Origin: Candidatus Coatesbacteria bacterium
GTDB lineage: Bacteria > RBG-13-66-14
Length of the DNA stretch: 34,353 bases
Assembly (NCBI GenBank): GCA_014728185.1
Contig: WJMB01000138.1
Span: forward strand, 1 to 34,353
Reading direction: 5' to 3'
The notes under the pieces were generated by a model, which was given only the letters and a program-made list of their open reading frames with translations, was not told the DNA's origin and did not search any database. Below are positions 1 through 7,769 of the stretch, in pieces. The position numbers and the translations under genes were made by a program. Positions within the stretch are counted from its first letter, which is position 1. Every line of letters begins with the position of its first letter.

Positions 1-129
1 CCAGATGACGGACTGGTAACGGAATGATAAGCGTTCGCTTATCGCTCAACGGCGCAGGATTCGCGGATGAATCGTGCAAGCGCGCCCCACGGCAGCGCAC
101 ATTATGACAGTAAAAACGGAAGGCGGCCG

Positions 130-1239
130 GTGAAGCTCAGCTTCCCCCACATGGGCAACATGTACATCGCGCTGCGGGTGCTGCTCGAGGCCCTGGGTCG
201 CGATTACGTGGTGCCGCCCCCCTGCTCGAAGCGGACGCTTGAGCTGGGTGTGCGTCACAGCCCGGAGACGGCTTGTCTGCCGCTGAAGATCAACCTGGGC
301 AACTTTCTGGAGGCCATCGAGCGGGGCGCCGACACGCTGCTGGTCATCGGCGGCGGCGGTCCCTGCCGCTTCGGCTACTACGGCTCGGTTCAGGAGCAGA
401 TCCTCAAGAACCTTGGCTACGACGTCACCTTCCACTACTTCAGCCAGGACACCAAAGAAGACTTCATCAACATGTTCCGCACGATCTCGAAGCGTTCCGG
501 TCTGCTACGTTTATGGCGGGCCTTCCGCTTCGGGTTGCGCAAGCTTCAGGCCATCGAGTTCGTCGAGGAGTCGGCCCGACGCGCCCGCTGGCGCGCCGCC
601 GAACCCCGCAGGGCCGAGAAGCTGCAGCAGAAATACCTCAAGCGCATCGATGACGCCGGCTGGTATCTCTCACTGCGCGCCGCCGAGATCAGCGCCCGGC
701 GTGATTTCGCCGGCCTGCCCGACCGCGACGACAAGCCGGATAAACCTCTGCGGGTCGGTGTAGTCGGCGAGCTCTACGTGGTCCTCGAGCGCTTCGTCAA
801 CTTCGAGATCGAGCGGCGCCTGGGCGAGATGGGAGTCTGGGTCGAGCGCCCGGTCTCGCTGTCGGCCTGGCTGCACCACAAGATGACCACTGGCGGTGTC
901 GGCGGCGACGCCGACCGCGAGACGGCCAAGCGCTACGCCGAGAAGTACCTGGCCTACGACGCCGGCGGCGAGAGCGTGGTCAGCGTCGGCCAGACGGTGC
1001 GCATGGCCCGCGAGGGTTACGACGGCGTGGTCCACCTGATGCCCTTCACCTGCATGCCGGAGATCGTGGCCCAGAACATCCTCACCCGGGTATCCAACGA
1101 GCTGGGCATCCCGGTGCTGACGCTGATCATGGACGAGCACACCGCCGAGGCCGGGATCGTCACCCGGCTGGAGGCCTTTGTTGATTTGCTTGCCCACAAG
1201 CGCGGCCTGACCCGGACCGAGCCGCTGCCGACGGCTTGA
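130..1239 (+). CDS. CoA protein activase-associated / 2-hydroxyacyl-CoA dehydratase-like protein
   Basis: ORF 67-1239; GTG at 130 after GGAAGG gives the family-typical start MKLSFPHMGN. Motifs SPETACLPLK, GPCRFGYY, VGELYV, HLMPFTCMPE, DEHTAEAGIVTRLEAFVDLL. Confidence 0.8.
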   Translation: MKLSFPHMGNMYIALRVLLEALGRDYVVPPPCSKRTLELGVRHSPETACLPLKINLGNFLEAIERGADTLLVIGGGGPCRFGYYGSVQEQILKNLGYDVTFHYFSQDTKEDFINMFRTISKRSGLLRLWRAFRFGLRKLQAIEFVEESARRARWRAAEPRRAEKLQQKYLKRIDDAGWYLSLRAAEISARRDFAGLPDRDDKPDKPLRVGVVGELYVVLERFVNFEIERRLGEMGVWVERPVSLSAWLHHKMTTGGVGGDADRETAKRYAEKYLAYDAGGESVVSVGQTVRMAREGYDGVVHLMPFTCMPEIVAQNILTRVSNELGIPVLTLIMDEHTAEAGIVTRLEAFVDLLAHKRGLTRTEPLPTA

Positions 1240-1247
1240 ACCGTCCC

Positions 1248-1583
1248 GGGATCAGTCTAAGCGGCGGAAGCTGATAAGCGAGGGAATGCTCACCTAGTTA
1301 TCGACCGCCATCGGCGGCTAATCGAATGTGACTTGACGCTTCCTAGCTCATTGTTCGTATCATTTGGCATCCTGGAGCCTGTTCGGCAAATAAACGTGAT
1401 TCAACGAGCGGGTCATTCGCCGTCTGGCAGAGCTGTGGACAGATTCCGATTTCAACAAGCGCATCCCTCGTCACGGCCTTTTTTCAAATGCTCATAAGTG
1501 CCGGCAGATTACAATCATATCCAGGTCCGAAGCGGTAACCATCTCTCGCTCCGGTTGCTGGTCCGGCTTCCTGTGTCGATCCC
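1248..1583. mobile_element. Degenerate MITE-like cluster (shared-type termini; decayed family C copy at ~1366-1545)
   Basis: Left end GGGATCAG-N9-CGGAAG (1248); right end reads GGGATCGA-N10-CGGACC on the minus strand (1560-1583). 1505-1533 GCAGATTACAATCATATCCAGGTCCGAAGCG resembles the right end of family C (32146-32177). Confidence 0.55.
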
Positions 1584-1695
1584 CATGCGCATCATGCATA
1601 TATTGCGTTTACCGTTCCGAGCCGATCCCGGCGACCACCCATGTGTCCGCTGATTTACCAACCACTGGTTCGAGGATCCAGTTCGAGGAGACATC

Positions 1696-2685
1696 TTGAC
1701 TGAGCGCTATTATCTTGGCGTCGACGTGGGCTCGGTGAGCACCAATTTCGCCCTGGTGGATGAGGGCGGCGAGGTCTCCCAGTCGCTCTACCTGCGCACC
1801 CAGGGCCGACCAATCGAGACCGTTCAGCGCGGTCTGGCCCAGCTCAACAAGCTGCTCGACGGTCGCTCCGAGGTCATCGCCGGCGTGGGCACCACGGGCT
1901 CGGCTCGTCAGCTCACCGCGGTGCTGGTCGGCGCCGATTCGGTCAAGAACGAGATCACGGCCCACGCCATCGCCGCGGGCCTCGAGATACCCGGCGTGCG
2001 CACCGTCTTCGAGATCGGAGGCCAGGACTCCAAGATTATCATCCTGCGCGAGAGCATCGTCGTCGATTTCGCGATGAACACGGTCTGCGCGGCGGGCACT
2101 GGTTCGTTTCTCGACCAGCAGGCGGCGCGGCTGGACATCGCCATCGAGGAGTTCGGCGGCTACGCCCTCAAGTCGACCAGCGCGGTGCGCATCGCCGGAC
2201 GCTGCACCGTCTTCGCCGAAAGCGATATGATCCACAAGCAGCAGATGGGCCACTCCACCGAAGACATCATCGCCGGATTGAGCGAGGCCCTGGTGCGCAA
2301 TTACCTCAACAACATCGCCCGGGGCAAGGACATCCAGCCCCCGATGGTTTTCCAGGGCGGCGTGGCGGCCAACGTGGGCATCAAGCGGGCCTTCGAGAAG
2401 GCCCTGGGTCACGAGGTCATCGTCCCCGAGCATCACAAGGTCATGGGAGCCATCGGCGCGGCTCAACTGGCGCGTGAGCGCGTCGAGATCACTGGCACGA
2501 CCCGATTCAAGGGCTTCGACGCCGCCGAGTTCAGCTACCGCACCCGGGGTTTCGAGTGCGGCTACTGCCCCAACGTTTGCGAGGTCGTCGAGATCCTGCA
2601 GGACGGCGCGGTGATCAGCCGCTGGGGCGACAAGTGCGGCCGCTGGCAGAACCTGGATGTTCCCAGCCCCGTCGGCAAGCGCTGA
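1696..2685 (+). CDS. 2-hydroxyacyl-CoA dehydratase activator-type ATPase (BadF/BadG/BcrA/BcrD, ASKHA fold, Fe-S)
   Basis: TTG start after GAGGAG. Motifs LGVDVGSVST, EIGGQDSK, MNTVCAAGTGSFLDQQA, RCTVFAESD, FQGGVAAN; C-terminal CxxCxxxC...C. Confidence 0.92.
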   Translation: MTERYYLGVDVGSVSTNFALVDEGGEVSQSLYLRTQGRPIETVQRGLAQLNKLLDGRSEVIAGVGTTGSARQLTAVLVGADSVKNEITAHAIAAGLEIPGVRTVFEIGGQDSKIIILRESIVVDFAMNTVCAAGTGSFLDQQAARLDIAIEEFGGYALKSTSAVRIAGRCTVFAESDMIHKQQMGHSTEDIIAGLSEALVRNYLNNIARGKDIQPPMVFQGGVAANVGIKRAFEKALGHEVIVPEHHKVMGAIGAAQLARERVEITGTTRFKGFDAAEFSYRTRGFECGYCPNVCEVVEILQDGAVISRWGDKCGRWQNLDVPSPVGKR

Positions 2686-2738
2686 TAAGCCGTGAGCGGC
2701 GGATCGACTGAAACCGTCGGAGAAAAACGCCTAAGGTC

Positions 2739-2767
2739 TTGACCTGTCATCAATAATCCGGTAACAT
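2739..2767 (+). promoter_or_regulatory. sigma70-type promoter of the HU gene
   Basis: TTGACC-17 nt-TAACAT, 130 nt upstream of the ATG at 2898. Confidence 0.55.
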
Positions 2768-2897
2768 CAAAATTCGTTACGGTACTACATTCTACAACGT
2801 AGAAAAAGCATACGTTTTTCCGGTTGCTGCGTACTAGGCTGACTGGTGAATCGCGGGTTCTCGTTATCCAACCCGGAGCGGCTTCAAGGAGTCGGCA

Positions 2898-3200
2898 ATG
2901 ACCAAAGCGGATCTGGCCCAAAAGATATCAAAAAGCACCGGTCTGACACTCAAGCAGACCACGGAGCTGATCAACGCCATCCTGGAGACGCTCATCGAGT
3001 GCCTGACGACGCCCGGCGACGAAGAGACACTCAAGAAGCAGCGCGTCGAGATCCGGGGCTTCGGCACCTTCCGCTTGCGCCATAAGCGCGCCCGGCAGGC
3101 CCGCAACCCGCGCACCGGCGAGATCATCGAGGTCAAGGAGAAGTGGGTTCCCCACTTCAAGCCGTCGAAGAAACTCAAGAGCATGCTGCCCGACGGTTAA
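2898..3200 (+). CDS. HU/IHF family DNA-binding protein
   Basis: MTKADL..., VEIRGFGTF, ARNPRTGE, PHFKPSKKLK; RBS AAGGAG. Confidence 0.95.
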   Translation: MTKADLAQKISKSTGLTLKQTTELINAILETLIECLTTPGDEETLKKQRVEIRGFGTFRLRHKRARQARNPRTGEIIEVKEKWVPHFKPSKKLKSMLPDG

Positions 3201-3239
3201 TAGACCGCTCTCACAGTTAGTTTCTGAAGTCAATAATCA

Positions 3240-3266
3240 AGACCGGTCCCGCGGAGGGCCGGTTTT
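3240..3266 (+). terminator. Intrinsic terminator after the HU gene
   Basis: ACCGGTCCC-gcgga-GGGCCGGT followed by TTT. Confidence 0.7.
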
Positions 3267-3561
3267 AAAACATAGGCAATATGTTGTCATCCGCGGTACT
3301 GACGCCTAAGATCATCACCTGGATATGGATCGCCATCTTCACTTTATGGCATGATTGATAAGTATTTTAACATCATGAGACGTCTTCGGACCAGATTATG
3401 CAGATAACTGGCGTTCACAGAACAGTTTGATGAACAATTTTTCGCTGTCTGGTCGATCGACGCATCGATCCCCATTCATCAAGAGTTCCCTTTCCGCTTG
3501 CTATTGAGTCGCTTGATGGGCTGCGTAGAAAGCAGATGGTTGGTAAATTCAAATTGCTTAC

Positions 3562-3908
3562 GGGATTATCACGCGTGATTTAACAGGTATGCATCGCTAT
3601 TAGCTGGATATATAGTGGTTTATAGCTGTGCAAGTCGTCCCTGTTTGTGCAAGGCCTGGTGGCGAAAACCAGACTTGCTCTATGAAGGTTCTTTAGAGAA
3701 CACGCATGAGAGTCGGGAAGTCGCGACTCCTGATTTACATCCCAGGTTGTATGAGACTAAACGCTTTCAAACAGCGGCTTTGGCAGGTATGAAAGCTCTT
3801 TGGCTCGTCGAATAAACAGCCTTGCGAAAGATTGTTGTCAGCACCTCCTTTCTAAATGCCGCGCTTTTGCGTTTTCGACGTAGGTTTTCAGTATCAGGTG
3901 ATAATCCC
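3562..3908 (-). mobile_element. MITE-like family B, copy 1 (347 bp)
   Basis: Terminal inverted repeat GGGATTATCAC...GTGATAATCCC. The interior aligns in reverse with 5293-5646 (e.g. AAAACCAGACTTGCTCTATGA vs TCATAGAGCAAGTCTGGTTTT). Confidence 0.85.
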
Positions 3909-3916
3909 AATGCTCA

Positions 3917-3966
3917 TTATCAGCAAATTACAACCATCAACCGGTCCGAAGAGGGTACTCAATCCC
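3917..3966 (+). repeat. Isolated right end of family C abutting B copy 1
   Basis: TTATCAGCAAATTACAACCATCAACCGGTCCGAAGAGGGTACTCAATCCC matches 32140-32189. Confidence 0.75.
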
Positions 3967-4203
3967 AAATGGTAAACAACGCCTCACAGCTCATCGTCGA
4001 GTCGTTCTTCTAACCATGATGATCCCTTCAGCTAATCAACTCAACCAATACGTGGTGTCCCGTGCTTCGTGGAATACCCATTCATCCCCCAGTCCCCGTT
4101 ACATCGTTCCAGTCCCGCCGGTCAGCCGCCCTGTATTGCAGCGGCTGCGGTTTAGCCACAAGCGTTGTACGTGATCAGGGCGCCGCCGTGCACGCCGGAC
4201 GGC

Positions 4204-4232
4204 TTGCCTTTTCCCGTCCCAACAGGTACAAT
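4204..4232 (+). promoter_or_regulatory. sigma70-type promoter
   Basis: TTGCCT-17 nt-TACAAT upstream of the small basic ORF. Confidence 0.6.
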
Positions 4233-4323
4233 ACCCGCTCATATTCAATGGGTTGACGCGCAGCACCCGCCCTTCGTCACTTGCCTGCTTCGATTGACCC
4301 TAGCGGCCGCTGAGAGGAGAAAC

Positions 4324-4416
4324 GTGGGTTCGAGCAAAAAGCGCAAGCGTAAAAAGATCGCCACGCACAAGCGCAAGAAGAAGCGCCGTGCGAATCGGCA
4401 CAAGAAGAAGAAGTAA
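4324..4416 (+). CDS. Small basic ribosomal protein bS22/mS38-like (AURKAIP1/COX24 domain), 30 aa
   Basis: GTG after GAGAGGAG; MGSSKKRKRKKIATHKRKKKRRANRHKKKK; has its own promoter and terminator. Confidence 0.88.
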   Translation: MGSSKKRKRKKIATHKRKKKRRANRHKKKK

Positions 4417-4418
4417 CC

Positions 4419-4447
4419 AAAGCCCCTGTCGCGGGGGCTTTTCTTTT
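4419..4447 (+). terminator. Intrinsic terminator
   Basis: AAAGCCCC-tgtcgcg-GGGGCTTT followed by TCTTTT. Confidence 0.8.
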
Positions 4448-4448
4448 A

Positions 4449-4809
4449 GGCACCACACACGACCTCGGACCAACCAACTTCAACTCGAAACACCACCCCA
4501 CCTCGAAAAAAAGCTGCTGATACGAAGCTATGCCGAATGATGTTTGGCCTGCCAGCTCAACCCCTCGGCGACTGCTAGTTATATATGCATGATAATTGAT
4601 TACTTAGCATCGATAAATCGTCATCGAAACCCATTGCGCCAGGCAGTTGATAATGGAGCTTCGTGACGCCGTCAGGGTATCCCGGGAATGTGAAAATCCA
4701 CGTACCTGCCACAATCAGTTCGCTCGATGTGCACATCTGATTGCCTGCTGACAGCATGTCTCAGAACGATATCCAGTAACACCATGGTCCGTGACCATTA
4801 AGTGATCCC
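4449..4809 (-). mobile_element. MITE-like family A, copy 1 (361 bp)
   Basis: Ends GGCACCAC / GTGATCCC. Collinear with 14230-14601 and the reverse of 7166-7527 and 29705-30064. Flanks TTCTTTTA / TTCTCATA (6/8, decayed TSD). Confidence 0.85.
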
Positions 4810-5292
4810 TTCTCATAATATATTGGAATCAAGTACGGAGTAGCCTGATAAGGGGCGAATGAATGTTTGCCGCCGACACGTAGCGGTCTTGCGGAGCAAT
4901 AATCATTGGACGGGGTCCTCCGACCCCGTCACCAAGCATTGCCATTTTGGATTAACGCGGACGTTTCGAAAGACCAAACCCTAGATATCCCCCCCCGATC
5001 TTGCTCTGTAGGGCGGCCCCTCTGCGAGCCCCCGCGAATATTAAACCGCGTTGCGGGTCTGCAACCTCTCATTCGTCCACGCCTTCCAGAATGCAAATGG
5101 ACGGTACAGGCGAGGACGAACGGTTTTTGACAGACCACACCGATGGTTCTTCTAGTCTCATTCGGTCTTGCACAATTCAATCTCGGTAACCACACTTACA
5201 GTACCGTCACAGTGAATTCACCCAGCAATTTCGCCACAATGCACATAACCCCCATTATCAGAAGCCCGCCACACGGCGGGGTAAAAGTAAAA

Positions 5293-5646
5293 GGGATTAT
5301 CACCTGAAACTGAACCTACGTCGAAACCTAAAAATAGCGTCATATAGAATGGATGTGCCCACAACTACCACATGAGGGCCTTCAGCTCGACGGGCCAAAG
5401 AGGGTTTGCGTATCAGCTAAACCAGCTGTTTGGAAAGATTTAGCATCCATATGACTGGTAAGACCGGGATGCTAATAAGGAGTCGGGACTTCCAGACTCT
5501 CAGCGTCCTCTTGCAGCGCCCTCATAGAGCAAGTCTGGTTTTCCGCCACCAGGCGACGCATGGACAGGGACAGCTCGCGCAGCTATAAAGTACATGATAT
5601 CAAGCTATTAGCGATATATGTCTGTTCAGGAACGTGTGATAATCCC
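5293..5646 (+). mobile_element. MITE-like family B, copy 2 (354 bp) with a perfect 8-bp TSD
   Basis: TIR GGGATTATCAC...GTGATAATCCC, flanked on both sides by AAGTAAAA (5285-5292 and 5647-5654). Confidence 0.9.
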
Positions 5647-6018
5647 AAGTAAAAACTGGGCTCCTTGACGCTTGCCAAAATATTTCAGTTTAAAAACTAG
5701 GTCGGGCAAGAAACGTCGGGAGTTTAATGGTTAGGCCGCGTTGCCATCATGAAACACACAGGTGACTTTCGATCAGGCGCAATGAATAATGGAGCAGACT
5801 TGATACTACAGATCTGCTCCATAGGATAACTCATTGATCAAGCATCCAAAATAGGTATTGATTTGCACCGCCGAGAACTATTAGATAGACTGCCCGCCAG
5901 TTGCGGTATCAATCAGTAGCTTGTGAATCAAGGGTACTAAAACCCCTCCCCTGTCGATGATCGACGCTCTCCGGCCCTCTGAGAAGCTCGTTTATTAGTA
6001 GATGCTAATGCTTTGGGG

Positions 6019-6684
6019 CTAGCTCTCGCCGCTTCCGCCCCGCTTCTCCAGGCGGCGCGGCTGGAGGTTGTGCTCGTCGATGGAGAGCATGGTCACCAGT
6101 TTTTGCTTGGCCTTGGCCGGGTCATCGGACCGGGTCACGGAGCTGATCACGGCGGTGTAGGCCGGGTGGGCGTCGAGGACCAGGGCCAGCTTGTCCGGGG
6201 TGATGCCGCCGATGGCGCAGACCGGCAGCTCGCAGGCGGCGGTTATCTCCTTGACGGCGCCGACGCCGATGGGCTCGAGAGCGGGCTTGGTCTGGGTGCC
6301 GAAGCAGGGGCCGGCGGCCAGGTAGCTGGCTCCGTCCCGCTGGGCGTCCACGGCCTGCTGCCTGTTTCTGACGGTGCGGCCGATCAGAAGCTCGCCGCCG
6401 ACCAGGCGGCGGACCACCTCGACGGGCAGGTCGTCGGCACCCAGGTGGACGCCGTCGGCTCCGGCGGCCAGGGCGATGTCCACCCGGTCGTTGACGATGA
6501 AGGGCACCCCGGCCTCGTGACAGCGACGCGAGAACTCCAACGCGGCCTGGTGGAACTCGCGATCGCTCAGGTTGTCGAGGCGCAACTGGAACACCCCGCA
6601 GCCGGCCAGAAACTCCGTGGTGAAGAGCTTCAGGTTGGCCTCGAGGCCCAGGGTTTCGTCGGTTATCAGATAGAGTCGGGCCAT
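6019..6684 (-). CDS. thiE: Thiamine-phosphate synthase
   Basis: LYLITD, QLR, FIVNDRVDIALAAGADGVHLG, GPCFGTQTK, AIGGI motifs. Confidence 0.92.
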   Translation of the reverse strand: MARLYLITDETLGLEANLKLFTTEFLAGCGVFQLRLDNLSDREFHQAALEFSRRCHEAGVPFIVNDRVDIALAAGADGVHLGADDLPVEVVRRLVGGELLIGRTVRNRQQAVDAQRDGASYLAAGPCFGTQTKPALEPIGVGAVKEITAACELPVCAIGGITPDKLALVLDAHPAYTAVISSVTRSDDPAKAKQKLVTMLSIDEHNLQPRRLEKRGGSGES

Positions 6685-6819
6685 CGCACACCTGCCGGGG
6701 TAGGTTTGAGGATCAATGCATTATACTGTTTGATTGACATCGTCGGATTGACGTCGTCTGGGGTTATCGTTTCCAGCGTTTGCGGAAGAGCGTCAGGCTG
6801 AAGGTGATTTAACGAAAGT

Positions 6820-7158
6820 TGTATCACACTCATGGAGCATACCCCACGTCTCTGACACGTCTTTGGCTGCTGAACTTGTACTTCTGCTACTACACGCGTT
6901 TTATCGGGAGTTACTATCTCCAATGAGCAGATGAAAAGCAGCGCTGACAAAGGGTAGGCCTTATGGATAACCTTCTATGCCAGCAGCTTGTACTTAAAGT
7001 CCTTCCGATTGCTACTCGACTGATAAGCGCATCAATGTCAAGGCCGAAGGATGCGCAGGGTGATATCGGTCAAAGACCAACGCACCCGGACGGCTACTAC
7101 CTGCTCGGTGAACCTCTCGATATCAGCTCTGTTTGGTCCAAGCACGCTCAATGATGCC
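6820..7158. mobile_element. Rearranged family C element: C(+) fragment ~6820-6920 joined to C(-) ~6925-7158
   Basis: 6964-7158 aligns with 11210-11405 and ends GGTCCAAGCACGCTCAATGATGCC. 6882-6918 aligns with 24574-24610. 6900-7120 is the reverse complement of ~14045-14226. Confidence 0.7.
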
Positions 7159-7165
7159 CGGCGTT

Positions 7166-7527
7166 GGGATCACTTAACTGTCACGGACCATGGTGTTACT
7201 GGATATCGTTCAATTATCAGCAGTTGGGGGACAATCAGGTTTGCACATCGAATTAGTTGTTTGTGGCAGGTCAAGTGGGTTTCCACATTCCCATGATGCT
7301 CGTGTTGATTTCTCGGCGCTCAACAAGGAACTGCTTGCTACTATCGGCCTCGATGAAGATGTGTCGATCCCAAATAGCCTAATAGCAAACATATATAACG
7401 AGTAAGCACTGGTATTTGAAGACAAGAGTCTGCTCTTTCTTCGGCATTGTCATGTATCAGGCGTTTTTTGCGAGGTGGGGCGGTGTTTCGAGTTGTAACT
7501 AGCTAGTCCGGGATCGTGTTTGATGCC
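7166..7527 (+). mobile_element. MITE-like family A, copy 2 (362 bp)
   Basis: Starts GGGATCACTTAACTGTCACGGACC and ends GTTTGATGCC; 7232-7271 is identical to 29771-29810. Confidence 0.85.
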
Positions 7528-7534
7528 CTTCTTA

Positions 7535-7639
7535 ATTGCAATTTTAAAAAGCTTGTTTTGTGACGGGTGTCCGATACCAATCACGTATATTATCAACAGG
7601 ATAGAATCACGAGCAGGTCCGAAGAGGGTATACGATCCC
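7535..7639 (+). repeat. Family C right-end fragment
   Basis: Reverse-complement match to 29601-29703; ends GGTCCGAAGAGGGTATACGATCCC. Confidence 0.8.
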
Positions 7640-7769
7640 TAATCATTTTCACGGTTCTTAACGGCTATCGACCAGAGCAGCGGGTCGGGCGACCTGTAGG
7701 CAGGTAGGAGCGCCGGGGTGTGCTTGCTCAGTTGTCAACATTCGAAAACCAGTCAAGCATAGATGTTGG

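Noticed and set aside
4909-5035. REP-like hairpins (GACGGGGTC...GACCCCGTC; GTAGGGCGG...)
   Set aside because: Single occurrences, no RAYT gene, too weak to call
6685-6900. TPP riboswitch upstream of thiE
   Set aside because: Core motifs (CTGAGA; CCTGA...GCGTAGG) not found on the minus strand
7190-7405. Similar short ORFs MVLLDIVQLSAV... and MVLLNIVQLSAV... (14386-14577) inside family A
   Set aside because: The frame is not kept in the other two A copies, lengths differ and there is no RBS; similarity follows from the DNA repeat
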